Below, in pieces: positions 30,563-38,871 of a stretch of 64,000 nucleotides of DNA. Each line of letters begins with the position of its first letter. The stretch's first letter is position 1. The position numbers and the translations under genes are program-made. Source of the DNA: an uncultured Actinomycetota bacterium (GTDB taxonomy: Bacteria > Actinomycetota > Thermoleophilia > Gaiellales > Gaiellaceae); contig CAVRQF010000007.1 in the NCBI GenBank assembly GCA_963723405.1, positions 138,801 to 202,800 of the forward strand. The letters run 5' to 3'. The notes under the pieces were generated by a model, which made no database searches, had not been told where the DNA came from, and saw only the letters and a list, made by a program, of their open reading frames with translations.

Positions 30563-31756
30563 ATGAGCGAGATCACCCCTGAAGCCGCCCCGCTCGCGGC
30601 GGGCGGGGGATCCGGCCGGCAGCCGGGCGTCCTCCCGTCGCAGGAGCTGCGTGAGGCGATCGCAGCGGACTGGATCCGCTCGGACCTCTACCGGATCCCG
30701 GCCACGAGCATCCAGCCGGCGAGCCTCGACCTGCGCCTCGGCGACTTCGCCTGGGCGCTCCGCTGCAGCTTCCTGCCGGACGCCGCCTCGAAGGTCGAGG
30801 AGAAGATCGCCGACATCGCCTTCCAGAGGATCGATCTCCGCGACGGAGCGACGCTCGAGCGCGACCGGCCCTACCTCGTGCCGCTGATCGAGGAGCTCGC
30901 GCTGCCGGACGAGATCCGCGGCAAGGCGAACCCGAAGAGCTCGACCGGCCGGCTCGACGTGTTCACCAGGGTGCTCACCGACGGCAACCCGTCGTTCGAC
31001 GAGATCCCGTTCGGGTACCGCGGCAAGCTCTACCTCGAGGTCGTACCGCGGTCGTACGCGATCCACGTGAAGACGGGGCTCGCGCTCAACCAGCTCCGCC
31101 TGTTCACCGGAGACGCCCGGTTGAAGGACGACGAGATCCGAACGCTCCACGAGGAGTTCCCGCTGCTCTACCTCGACTCGCACGCGCTTCGCGCCTGGGA
31201 GCTCACGATCTCGGACGGGCTGTTCCTGAGCGTCGACCTGAGCGGGCCTACCGAGCGCATCGTCGGCTACCGGGCGAAGCGAAACAGCCTGCCGATCGAC
31301 CTGTCGCGTGTCCACGGCTACGGCTGGCGCGACTACTGGGAACCGGTGTACCCGGAGCCGGGATCGCGGATCGTGCTGGAGCCCGAGGTCTTCTATCTGC
31401 TGCTCTCGGCCGAGGGCGCGTGCATCCCGCCGGCATACGCGGCGGAGATGACGGCCTACGACCCGACGGCCGGCGAGCTTCGCACGCATTACGCGGGCTT
31501 CTTCGATCCGGGCTTCGGCTACGACCCGCGGGGGCGCCGGCACGGCTCGCGGGCCGCGCTCGAGGTGCGCGCCCGGGACGTGTCCTTCATGGTCGAGCAC
31601 CGGCAGCCGATCTGCAAGCTTGCGTTCGAACGGATGCTCGAGCTACCGGACGTCCTCTACGGCGCCGGGCTCGGATCGAACTACCAGGGCCAGGAGACGA
31701 TGCTGAGCAAGCACTTCGTCGAGCAGGCCGTGGCCCGCTCCCCCGAGCCCGCCTGA
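30563..31756 (+). CDS. 2'-deoxycytidine 5'-triphosphate deaminase, long DCD-family (PF06559-like) protein
   Basis: Intact from ATG 30563: MSEITPEAAPLAAGGGSGRQPGVLPSQELREAIAADWIRSD...IQPASLDLRLGDFAWALRCSFLP...YLVPLIEELALPDEIRGKANPKSSTGRLDVFTRVLTD...GELRTHYAGFFDPGFGY...ALEVRARDVSFMVEHRQPICKLAFERM. Confidence 0.8.
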   Translation: MSEITPEAAPLAAGGGSGRQPGVLPSQELREAIAADWIRSDLYRIPATSIQPASLDLRLGDFAWALRCSFLPDAASKVEEKIADIAFQRIDLRDGATLERDRPYLVPLIEELALPDEIRGKANPKSSTGRLDVFTRVLTDGNPSFDEIPFGYRGKLYLEVVPRSYAIHVKTGLALNQLRLFTGDARLKDDEIRTLHEEFPLLYLDSHALRAWELTISDGLFLSVDLSGPTERIVGYRAKRNSLPIDLSRVHGYGWRDYWEPVYPEPGSRIVLEPEVFYLLLSAEGACIPPAYAAEMTAYDPTAGELRTHYAGFFDPGFGYDPRGRRHGSRAALEVRARDVSFMVEHRQPICKLAFERMLELPDVLYGAGLGSNYQGQETMLSKHFVEQAVARSPEPA

Positions 31757-31811
31757 ACAACCGCTGATCGACCGGGCCCGGTCAAAAAACGCGATCGGTA
31801 GCATCGGCCCC

Positions 31812-32285
31812 ATGACCCAAGCGACCATCACCACGAATCACGGAGCGATCGGGCTCGAGCTCTTCGACGCCGACGCTCCCAAGACCGTCGACAACTTCGT
31901 CAAGCTCTCACGCGACGGGTTCTACGACGGCGTCGTCTTCCATCGCGTGATCCCCGATTTCATGATCCAGGGCGGCGACCCGACCGGCACCGGAATGGGC
32001 GGTCCCGGCTACCAGTTCGAGGACGAGCCGAACGGCCACGAGATCGCCCGGGGCGTGATCGCGATGGCGAACTCGGGCCCGAACACGAACGGCTCGCAGT
32101 TCTTCATCGTCACCGCGGGAGCGTGTCCCTGGCTGAACGGCCTCCACACCGTGTTCGGCCGGGTAACCGACGGGATGGATGTCGTCGACGAGATCGGGGG
32201 CGCCGCCACCGACGGATCCGACCGGCCGCTCGCCGAGGTGCGGATCGAGTCGGTCGCGATCGACTCCGGCGGCGACGAAGGCTGA
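31812..32285 (+). CDS. Peptidyl-prolyl cis-trans isomerase, cyclophilin type
   Basis: Intact ORF: ...GAIGLELFDADAPKTVDNFVKLSRDGFYDGVVFHRVIPDFMIQGGDPTGTGMGGPGYQFEDE...VIAMANSGPNTNGSQFFIV...LNGLHTVFGRV. Confidence 0.9.
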   Translation: MTQATITTNHGAIGLELFDADAPKTVDNFVKLSRDGFYDGVVFHRVIPDFMIQGGDPTGTGMGGPGYQFEDEPNGHEIARGVIAMANSGPNTNGSQFFIVTAGACPWLNGLHTVFGRVTDGMDVVDEIGGAATDGSDRPLAEVRIESVAIDSGGDEG

Positions 32286-32306
32286 TCCGTTCGGCCCGCT
32301 GACGGT

Positions 32307-32337
32307 GCCGGGGCGGCGCGCCCGCGCCGGCCCCGGC
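32307..32337. terminator. GC-rich hairpin between the convergent cyclophilin and sigma genes (candidate bidirectional terminator)
   Basis: GCCGGGGCGGCGCG-CC-CGCGCCGGCCCCGGC forms a ~14-bp stem with one bulge. It lies between stop 32285 and stop 32364, and there is no clear U-tract. Confidence 0.4.
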
Positions 32338-32363
32338 TCCCGCCACGGACCAGAGGTGTTGCT

Positions 32364-33491
32364 CTACCCGACGCAGTCCTTCAGACCCTGCGCCTCGGGT
32401 AGCGACTCGAGCTTCTTCAACGTGTTGTTCTCGATCTGGCGGATCCGCTCGCGCGTGACCCCGAACGCCTTGCCTACCTCCTCGAGCGTGCAGGGCTGCG
32501 AGCCGTCGAGCCCGTAGCGGAGCTCGATGACGCGACGCTCGCGAATCGGGAGCGACGCGAGCGCGCTCTCGATGTCCGAGCGGCGGAGGGTCAGCGAGGC
32601 TGACTCGAACGGCGACTCGGCCTCCTGGTCCTCGACGAAGTCGCCGAGCTCGGAGTCCTCCTCCTCGCCGATCGGCTTCTCGAGCGAGATCGGATGCTGC
32701 GCCATGCGCAGGATCTCGCGGACGTCATCGGTCGACATCTCGAGCTCCTCGGCGATCTCCTCCGGGAAGGGCTCTCGTCCGAGCCTCTGAACGAGCTGCC
32801 GCTCGATGTGAACGACCTTGTTGAGCTTCTCGACCATGTGGACGGGGATCCGGATCGTCCGGGCCTTGTCCGCGATCGCCCGCGTGACGGCCTGGCGGAT
32901 CCACCATGTCGCGTACGTGGAGAACTTGAACCCTTTGCGGTAGTCGAACTTCTCGACCGCGCGGATGAGACCGAGCGAGCCCTCCTGGATCAGGTCGAGA
33001 AATGAGAGGCCCCGTCCGAGGTACCCCTTCGCAATCGACACGACCAGGCGGAGATTCGCCTCGATCATCTGGGACTTTGCGAGCATGTCGCCGCGCTCGA
33101 TCCGCTTGGCCAGATAGACCTCCTGGTCGGCGGTGAGGAGCGGCACCCGCCCGATCTCGCGCAGGTAGAGCCTGAGCGAGTCCAGCGAAGGCTCGACGGT
33201 GAGGTCGAGCTTCGGTGAGTTCTTCTCCTCCGGAACGAGCGGCTGCTCGTGTGGAAGCGCCTTGTGCTGCTCGCCCTCGACGAGCTCGACGCCGTGATCG
33301 ATCAGATACGTCGTGAAGTCCTCGAGCTGTTCCTTGGTGAGCTCCACTTCCTCCACACCCGCGACGATCTCGTCGTAGGTGAGGAAGCCCTTTTCCTTCC
33401 CCGTCTCGACAAGCTTGTGGAGCTCTTCTACTTCGGGTAGGGAGATGTCGACCGTGAGCAACTGACCCCAACCTCCGGCTCGGATGACCAA
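32364..33491 (-). CDS. rpoD: RNA polymerase sigma-70 factor, RpoD/SigA-like (regions 1.2-4 present)
   Basis: Intact ORF: ...[27 protein letters not shown]...[82 protein letters not shown]...[21 protein letters not shown]...[45 protein letters not shown]. The track start is TTG 33491. An alternative TTG at 33461 has GGAGG 10 nt upstream. Confidence 0.85.
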   Translation of the reverse strand: MVIRAGGWGQLLTVDISLPEVEELHKLVETGKEKGFLTYDEIVAGVEEVELTKEQLEDFTTYLIDHGVELVEGEQHKALPHEQPLVPEEKNSPKLDLTVEPSLDSLRLYLREIGRVPLLTADQEVYLAKRIERGDMLAKSQMIEANLRLVVSIAKGYLGRGLSFLDLIQEGSLGLIRAVEKFDYRKGFKFSTYATWWIRQAVTRAIADKARTIRIPVHMVEKLNKVVHIERQLVQRLGREPFPEEIAEELEMSTDDVREILRMAQHPISLEKPIGEEEDSELGDFVEDQEAESPFESASLTLRRSDIESALASLPIRERRVIELRYGLDGSQPCTLEEVGKAFGVTRERIRQIENNTLKKLESLPEAQGLKDCVG

Positions 33492-33870
33492 CCTGTCCTC
33501 GCTGAGCCGGCACCCCCACCGGCTCGCCCCGTCCTAGCGCGCGAGACTTTACACGACGATTTCGCAAAATGGGAGACTTCTTCACGCGCGGAATCGGCAC
33601 GACTCCTGGGCACGGAGGCGTCGGTCGTACTAGCGAGCGTTAAAGACTGACGGCGGCCAAATGGCCGCCGTCATAACCCCACCGCAGGAAATGATTGCCG
33701 TCAGTTCCCGGGTCAGGGAGTCTTGATGTGAGCCGCGCCGGCCCCGCCACATCGGGTCTGCGCGGACACGACCAATAATCGGCCCGAGCGCCCCACTTGA
33801 TCCATCCCCGTTTTGGTGGTTCACTGCCTCACTTGACTTCGCTTCATCCCTGATTGTCTAGTTTCCAGGG

Positions 33871-35673
33871 ATGGCCTCGAGGTTCGAGACGCGGTTGGCG
33901 GAGGGTCCTCCCATCGTGGCCGATGGAGGGATGGGGTCGCTCCTGACAGCTGCAGTGCCCCGGCTCCGGTCGCCGGAGGAAGCGAACCTGCGAGCTCCGC
34001 GCGCGGTCGTGTCGCTGCACGTGAGCTTCATCGAGGCCGGGGCAGAGCTGATCGAGACGAACACCTTCGGGGCGAACCGGCGAAAGCTCGCGTCCCACTA
34101 CCTCGAGGAGGACTTCGAGCGGATCAACTCCGCCGCGGTGAAGCTCGCGCGAGAGGCGCGCGAGCTGACCGGCCGCGACGTGTTCATCGGAGGGGCGATC
34201 GGGCCGCTCGGAGAGGCGGCGAGCTCGGAGCGCCGCCAGGAGCTCTTCGCGGAGCAGGCGGCGGTGCTCGAGGGCCGGGGCGCCGACCTGTTCATGCTCG
34301 AGACGTTCTTCGACCTCGAGGAGCTGGCAGACGCGATCGCCGCGGTCCGGGGTGTCTCGTCGCTCCCGATCGTCGCGCTGATGACCTTCGACGACGACGC
34401 CGAGACGCTCGCGGGGGTGACCGCCGAGCAGGCCGCCGAGCGGCTGGCCGGGCTCGGCGTCGCCGCGATCGGCGCGAACCACGGGGCCGGGCTCCTCGCC
34501 GCGCTCACAGCGCTCGAGCGGATGCAGGCGCCGGGACTGCCGCTCGCGACGCTTCCGAACATCGGCCTCGCGAGCCTCCTCGGCGGGAGGGTCGTGTACC
34601 CGCACGCAACGCCGGAGTACTTCGCGGAGTTCACGGCACATGCCCGCGAGCTCGGCGCCCGGGTGATCGGCGGCTGCTGCGGGACGACGCCGACCGAGAT
34701 CGCGGCGATCCGTGCCGCCGTGGAGGCTGCACGCCCGGCGCGGACGCGACTCGACGCCGACGCCCGTGAGGTGGCGGTCGCGCTCGGCGAGGAGCGCCGC
34801 GAGACGCGCCTTGCGACGGCGCTCCAGGAAGGTGAGTTCGTCGTCTCGGTGCAGCTCGACCCCCCGCTCGGCGGCTCGAGCCGCGGGCTGCTCGAGGTCG
34901 CCGCCGAGCTCGAGGCCTCGGGGCTCGTCCGGTTCGTGGACGTGAACGACAACGCCACGGCCCGCGCCGGGATCAACGCGCTGATGGTGTCGTCGCAGAT
35001 CGAGCGTGCGACCGGCCTCGAGACGATCCCGCATTTGACGACCCGCGACTCCAGCGTCCTCGGGATCGAGTCCCAGCTCCTGGGCGCGCACTCGGAAGGC
35101 GTGCGCAACGTCCTCGCCGTCACCGGCGATCCGCCCGAGGTGGGCGACTACCCGGGGTCGCAGGGGGTCTACGAGATCGACTCGGTGGGGCTCACGCGGC
35201 TGATCGCCGGCCTGAATCGGGGCGAGGACTTCAACGGCCGCCCGATCGACGCGCCGACGTCGTTCTTCGTCGGCGTGGCGGTGAACCACAACACCGACGA
35301 CGCCGACGAGGAGGCGGCGAGGCTGCAGGCGAAGATCGCCGCCGGCGCCCAGTTCGCGATGTCGCAGATCGCCTACGACCTCGACGCCCTCGTGAGCTTC
35401 GGCGAGACGGTGGCCGGGTTCGGGGTGCCGCTGCTCGTCGGGGTCTTCCCGCTCACGAGCTACCGGCTGGCGCTACGGCTCCACAACGAGGTGCCGGGGA
35501 TCGTGGTGCCGCAGGCACTCCAGGACGCGCTCGAGGCGGCCGGCCCGGACGCCGCCGCGATCGGCATGGCGCACGCCCGTGAGCTGATCGTCGCGGCGCG
35601 CGAGCTCTTCCAGGGGGTCTACGTGGTTGCGCCCTACCGCAAGCCCACGTCGGTGCTCGAGCTACTTGCGTAG
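33871..35673 (+). CDS. Bifunctional homocysteine S-methyltransferase / 5,10-methylenetetrahydrofolate reductase (YitJ-like)
   Basis: Intact 600-aa ORF. The N-terminal Hcy-binding domain reads ADGGMGSLL...ELIETNTFGANR...GCCGTTP. The C-terminal MTHFR domain reads FVVSVQLDPP...IPHLTTRDSS...NVLAVTGDPPEVGDYPG.... Confidence 0.85.
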   Translation: MASRFETRLAEGPPIVADGGMGSLLTAAVPRLRSPEEANLRAPRAVVSLHVSFIEAGAELIETNTFGANRRKLASHYLEEDFERINSAAVKLAREARELTGRDVFIGGAIGPLGEAASSERRQELFAEQAAVLEGRGADLFMLETFFDLEELADAIAAVRGVSSLPIVALMTFDDDAETLAGVTAEQAAERLAGLGVAAIGANHGAGLLAALTALERMQAPGLPLATLPNIGLASLLGGRVVYPHATPEYFAEFTAHARELGARVIGGCCGTTPTEIAAIRAAVEAARPARTRLDADAREVAVALGEERRETRLATALQEGEFVVSVQLDPPLGGSSRGLLEVAAELEASGLVRFVDVNDNATARAGINALMVSSQIERATGLETIPHLTTRDSSVLGIESQLLGAHSEGVRNVLAVTGDPPEVGDYPGSQGVYEIDSVGLTRLIAGLNRGEDFNGRPIDAPTSFFVGVAVNHNTDDADEEAARLQAKIAAGAQFAMSQIAYDLDALVSFGETVAGFGVPLLVGVFPLTSYRLALRLHNEVPGIVVPQALQDALEAAGPDAAAIGMAHARELIVAARELFQGVYVVAPYRKPTSVLELLA

Positions 35674-36168
35674 GTCGGAGACGATCGTCGCGAGGTGCTT
35701 CTGCACGAGGAGGATGTCGTGCGGCGGCGCGACCGTGTTCAGCTTGTGGAGCACCTCGGACTGCCGCACGTCCTTGCGTACCTCCGGGTGCCCAGGGACC
35801 TGAAGCGCGACCGCTCCGGCGACCCACGCGAGCGCGAGGCCCCAGGCGGCGCCGACGGCAGCGCCGCCGAGCGAGTCGAGCAGGCCGAGCGGCGGCAGCA
35901 GGCGTAGCCCGCCCCGGATCGTCCCTGCGAGGTACGTCGCGAAGAGCCGGAACGCGGCCATCCCGATCAGCGCGCCGCCGAGGCCCACGAGCGCCGTGTA
36001 CCTGGTGTGCGGCCCGGCCGCGAGGAAGTGAGGCGCTGCGCGGGCGCCCACCACGGCTCCGACGATGACGCCGGCGAGCGAGAAGGCGGTGACGACGAGC
36101 CCCTTCCGGTATCCGCTCAGGGCGGCGAGGCCGACGACGCCTGCGATGATCCAGTCGAGCGTGGTGAT
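35662..36168 (-). CDS. CvpA (colicin V production) family membrane protein; no canonical start codon for the conserved N-terminus
   Basis: The track ORF 35662..36054 starts at an internal GTG. The same open frame continues upstream as ITTLDWIIAGVVGLAALSGYRKGLVVTAFSLAGVIVGAVVGARAAPHF, right after a TAG at 36175-36177. The only start-like codon there is ATC at 36168. Confidence 0.6.
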   Translation of the reverse strand: MTTLDWIIAGVVGLAALSGYRKGLVVTAFSLAGVIVGAVVGARAAPHFLAAGPHTRYTALVGLGGALIGMAAFRLFATYLAGTIRGGLRLLPPLGLLDSLGGAAVGAAWGLALAWVAGAVALQVPGHPEVRKDVRQSEVLHKLNTVAPPHDILLVQKHLATIVSDLRK

Positions 36169-36200
36169 GCCCCGCTACTTCGGCGCGGGGCGGTGCTGCC

Positions 36201-36587
36201 CTACTTGTGCAGCGCGCAGTCCTCGTGCCGGCCGATCGTCGCCGGTGTCCCATCGGGCCCGAGGTCGACCATCTCGCAACCGAACTGCTTCGTGCCGACG
36301 AGCGTCACCTCGAGCAAGCAGTGATGCCGGCCGGCCTTCGTCACCGGCCCGCAGCACGCCGACACCATGCGGATCGGGCTGCTCTGCCGCAGCGCGGTCC
36401 TGTTGTAGGCGCGCAGCCAGCTCGTGCCGTAGCCCGTACAGCTCGTCGGACGCCCCGCAGGCGTCGGCGTCAAGACGGCAGGCTTGGTCGCGGTCGTGCT
36501 CGTCGTCCGCGCCTTCGTCGTGCCGCAACCGGCGAGAACTGCGGCGGTCGCGCCAACCGCCATGACCGTGAGCCAGCGCACCGTCAT
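36201..36587 (-). CDS. Putative lipoprotein, Cys-rich, unknown function
   Basis: Intact ORF with a signal peptide and lipobox (MTVRWLTVMAVGATAAVLAGCG), then a Thr/Pro linker and a Cys-rich domain. Confidence 0.55.
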   Translation of the reverse strand: MTVRWLTVMAVGATAAVLAGCGTTKARTTSTTATKPAVLTPTPAGRPTSCTGYGTSWLRAYNRTALRQSSPIRMVSACCGPVTKAGRHHCLLEVTLVGTKQFGCEMVDLGPDGTPATIGRHEDCALHK

Positions 36588-36662
36588 CTCGATCGATGGT
36601 ACGGCCTCCCGGACTCTTCGCGTGCTCCGGATGTCTCCGGGCGGCTACACTGCGCTCCGCCT

Positions 36663-36736
36663 GGGGGCGTAGTTCAGCTGGTTAGAACGCCGGCCTGTCA
36701 CGCCGGAGGTCGCGGGTTCGAGTCCCGTCGCTCCCG
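36663..36736 (+). tRNA. tRNA-Asp (anticodon GTC)
   Basis: Manual cloverleaf of 74 nt, CCA not encoded. Acceptor GGGGGCG/CGCTCCC (one G-U). D arm GTTC-AGCTGGTTA-GAAC. Anticodon arm CCGGC-CTGTCAC-GCCGG. Variable AGGTC. T arm GCGGG-TTCGAGT-CCCGT. Discriminator G. Confidence 0.93.
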
Positions 36737-36738
36737 CT
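36711..36738 (+). repeat. attL-like direct repeat (3' end of tRNA-Asp)
   Basis: CGCGGGTTCGAGTCCCGTCGCTCCCGCT is identical to 46604-46631. Confidence 0.8.
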
Positions 36739-36742
36739 GCTG

Positions 36743-36774
36743 AAAGCCCCGTGAATACGGGGCTTTCGCGTTTT
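36743..36774 (+). terminator. Intrinsic terminator after tRNA-Asp
   Basis: AAAGCCCCG-TGAATA-CGGGGCTTT (9-bp stem) is followed by CGCGTTTT. Confidence 0.55.
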
Positions 36775-37010
36775 GTAGGGGTTTGCATCCGTTCCAGCTT
36801 GCTCGGAATGGAAACGAGTTTGGAAACGAAGCCTCTCGCTCGTCCCCCACGCCGCCCGACGCATCCTGATTCCCGACGAGCAATCGCGACTCCGCTTGGT
36901 TGTGTGTCGGTCCATGCCGCGACGATCGTGTCAGCCCGCGCAACACAAACCGCGTCATCGCGAAGGGGCTACTGCCGTCCTGGCGAATACCAGACGCGGT
37001 GCCCACCGCG

Positions 37011-37468
37011 GCCGCGATCATTGATGCCCTTGTGCAGTTTCGGAACGTGGTCCTCAAGGAGTACCGGGGACTGGGAAGACGTTTGCTGCTCGGGCCGCGA
37101 TCACGATGCACCCAAGCACGTCGTACGAGGACTTCGTCGAAGGGCTTCGATATGACGAGACCCTGAGTAGCTTCGTCCGCCGCGACGGGTTCATTTTGCG
37201 GATCGTCGGCGAGGCTGAGGCTGCTCCGGATGAAGACTTTCTGGTGCTCTTGGACGAGCTCGATCGCGCGAATGTCCCAAAGGTCCTGGGCGACCTCCTG
37301 CTCACCTTGCAAACATTCCCTCGGCGGGCCCCCGAAGCGGCCGTCCAGTCTGAGATCTCCACTCCCCTGCAACGGGCGGCGCCGAAATCCGACACTCGAG
37401 CTGCCCGGCGCGACGCCCCTACAACTCGGTCGGCGTCAAGTACTACTCCCGATCGGGTGAGGGCGTGA
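37011..37468 (+). pseudogene. McrB-family AAA+ GTPase (restriction-system subunit) remnant
   Basis: Across a frameshift it reads IIDALVQFRNVVL / QGVPGTGKTFAARAAITMHPSTSYEDFVEGLRYDETLSSFVRRDGFILRIVGEAEAAPDEDFLVLLDELDRANVPKVLGDLLLTLQ. This matches the E. coli McrB blocks QGPPGCGKTF, FHQSYSYEDFIQGYRP, DGIF and IIDEINRANLSKVFGE. Downstream, the frame degenerates and the C-terminal half is absent. Confidence 0.65.
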
Positions 37469-37568
37469 GGAAACAAGCTGTCGGAAGAGACCCAGACTGC
37501 GACACGCCTCCAAGCGACTGTAGTGATGACGCCTCTTCGACCGTCCCTCGATGGCTTCGGGTGATGAG

Positions 37569-37690
37569 TTAGGGCGACATGCTCTCAGCCATTTTCAGAT
37601 GCATCTTCAAGATCGGCAACGCCGCGGTCGCCGCGCTCTTGAGCGCGGTCGCTGCCCGTGCTGGTCCGACTCGCCGTCGAGGGTCGGTTT
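37569..37690 (-). pseudogene. DUF4142 C-terminal fragment (inverted copy of the 3' end of gene 44670..45170)
   Basis: Encodes ...ALKSAATAALPILKMHLKMAESMSP*, versus ...ALKSAATAALPILKMHLNMAESMST* at 45170. About 105 nt align at roughly 85-90% identity in inverted orientation (by eye). Confidence 0.65.
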
Positions 37691-37695
37691 CCGGC

Positions 37696-37969
37696 TTAGT
37701 AGAGGCGATGGTTGCTCGCACGTCTCGCCCATTCGACGAGCCACGCGACGGTCTCTTCGGCTTCCGCCGGTTGGCGACACCAGGCACGGAAACTCGCGCC
37801 CGAGCAGTGGAACTCGTGGGCGAGTGGCCGAGGAGATGATCTCCATGCGCATCGAGTAACGCTCAGTCAGGCTTCCAAGGTGGCGCAACGACGCCGCGTT
37901 AGAAGGCACGACGAACTCAACGTCAACAACCTGCCTTCCTGTCATAGCTGACGTATTGGGCTGGAACAT
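37696..37969 (-). CDS. Small conserved ORF, paralog of 49965..50273, frameshifted (function unknown)
   Basis: Reads MFQPNTSAMTGRQVVDVEFVVPSNAASLRHLGSLTERYSMRMEIISS, then after a frameshift AEETVAWLVEWARRASNHRLY* (TAA 37696-37698). The paralog reads RVVEVEFGGASAAALLRHLGSLTERHAMRMEILS...AELTVAALVEWVRRASS. Confidence 0.45.
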
Positions 37970-37979
37970 CACGCCTAAT

Positions 37980-38004
37980 ATTCCCGGCAATTCGTGAAAT
38001 TAAC
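37980..38004 (-). promoter_or_regulatory. Candidate sigmaB/sigmaF-type promoter (GTTA-N15-GGGAAT), possibly leaderless
   Basis: The minus strand reads GTTAatttcacgaattgccGGGAAT. GTG/ATG of ORF 37696..37969 begins 7-10 nt after the -10 element. Confidence 0.3.
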
Positions 38005-38113
38005 AATGCTTTCAGAACAGGACTCAAGTCGCGCTGAAAATCGGCGCGAAGCCGGGTCGACAGTCGCCCCCCTTGCGCAAAACGCACAGTTCGCCGAAGA
38101 GTCTGATGCCTGA

Positions 38114-38148
38114 GTGGCCGCGCACGTTCCAATCGCGCACGCGGCCAC
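38114..38148 (-). terminator. Hairpin downstream of the PRC-barrel gene
   Basis: GTGGCCGCG...CGCGGCCAC forms a 9-bp stem about 30 nt after the stop at 38180. There is no U-tract. Confidence 0.35.
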
Positions 38149-38179
38149 GTCTTCAGCCGGAAGGTGGTCCCAGCGTGCC

Positions 38180-38539
38180 TTACCAGTCCTGCCAGCCGGC
38201 GCCGCCGCGGTCGTAGTACGCCCCAAGCTGGCCTCGATAGACGTCGTCGCGATAGTTGTCAGCATCGAACTCCGGCGAGTTCTTGATCTGCTCCTTGGTG
38301 CGGTTGACGTACACCTTCTCATCTTCCCCGTCAACGCGGCTGATCACGCCCGCCGGAAGCATTACCTTCTTACCGAAAATCCACGGCCCGGTGTCGACGA
38401 CGATATACGCGGAGCCCACGTCGTTGCTGGTCTCGTCGATTTTCCCAATCGACCCATCCAGTGCTTCGACCCCATAGCCCGTAAGGTCGAGAGAATCGAG
38501 CGATTGCTCGCGATACGTCCAGATCTCTATCGCACTCAT
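38180..38539 (-). CDS. PRC-barrel domain-containing protein
   Basis: Intact ORF with GGGAGGA 5 nt upstream: MSAIEIWTYREQSLDSLDLTGYGVEALDGSIGKIDETSNDVGSAYIVVDTGPWIFGKKVMLPAGVISRVDGEDEKVYVNRTKEQIKNSPEFD.... Confidence 0.8.
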   Translation of the reverse strand: MSAIEIWTYREQSLDSLDLTGYGVEALDGSIGKIDETSNDVGSAYIVVDTGPWIFGKKVMLPAGVISRVDGEDEKVYVNRTKEQIKNSPEFDADNYRDDVYRGQLGAYYDRGGAGWQDW

Positions 38540-38580
38540 AGCGTCCTCCCTGATGCATTTGCTCGTTGATCGCGACGGTG

Positions 38581-38606
38581 GTACCCGCGTTCAGTCCGCA
38601 CAAACC
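38581..38606 (-). promoter_or_regulatory. Candidate sigmaB/sigmaF-type promoter (GGTTT-N15-GGGTAC) for the PRC-barrel gene
   Basis: The minus strand reads GGTTTgtgcggactgaacgcGGGTAC. The -10 element ends about 40 nt upstream of ATG 38539. Confidence 0.45.
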
Positions 38607-38714
38607 AACCGACGGCTTGAACTGATTGCGGTGACCGGTCACGCTCTTAGGCGCCTGCGGCAACTGCACGCAGCTCCGCGATCACCGGCTCCATTAGAGG
38701 CCCACAACGTAAGG

Positions 38715-38810
38715 CTAGGTGCGGCGCACGAAGTAAACAATCAACAACACGAGCAGGATGATCACCAAGATCCCGATCAGCCCATAACCAGTGCCGGCCA
38801 TCGCAAGCAA
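38715..38810 (-). CDS. 31-aa hydrophobic small membrane peptide
   Basis: A perfect AGGAGG (38818-38823) lies 7 nt upstream of TTG 38810. The peptide is (M)LAMAGTGYGLIGILVIILLVLLIVYFVRRT*, a single TM helix with a basic C-terminus. It is too short for the ORF track, apart from a longer spurious 95-aa extension. Confidence 0.45.
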   Translation of the reverse strand: MLAMAGTGYGLIGILVIILLVLLIVYFVRRT

Positions 38811-38846
38811 CGTATTACCTCCTAGTTGACGTAACCCTGAGTAGTG

Positions 38847-38871
38847 ATGCCCGTCACCGCGATGCGCAAAC
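38847..38871 (-). promoter_or_regulatory. Candidate sigmaB/sigmaF-type promoter (GTTT-N15-GGGCAT) for the small peptide gene
   Basis: The minus strand reads GTTTgcgcatcgcggtgacGGGCAT. The -10 element ends about 24 nt upstream of the SD. Confidence 0.4.

Noticed and set aside
33492-33870. SAM, SAH or cobalamin riboswitch upstream of the homocysteine methyltransferase/MTHFR gene; also ORF 33630..33824
   Set aside because: No conserved riboswitch core sequences were recognisable by eye on the sense strand. The 64-aa ORF has no RBS, no homology and an odd composition. The region is kept only as an unexplained finding.
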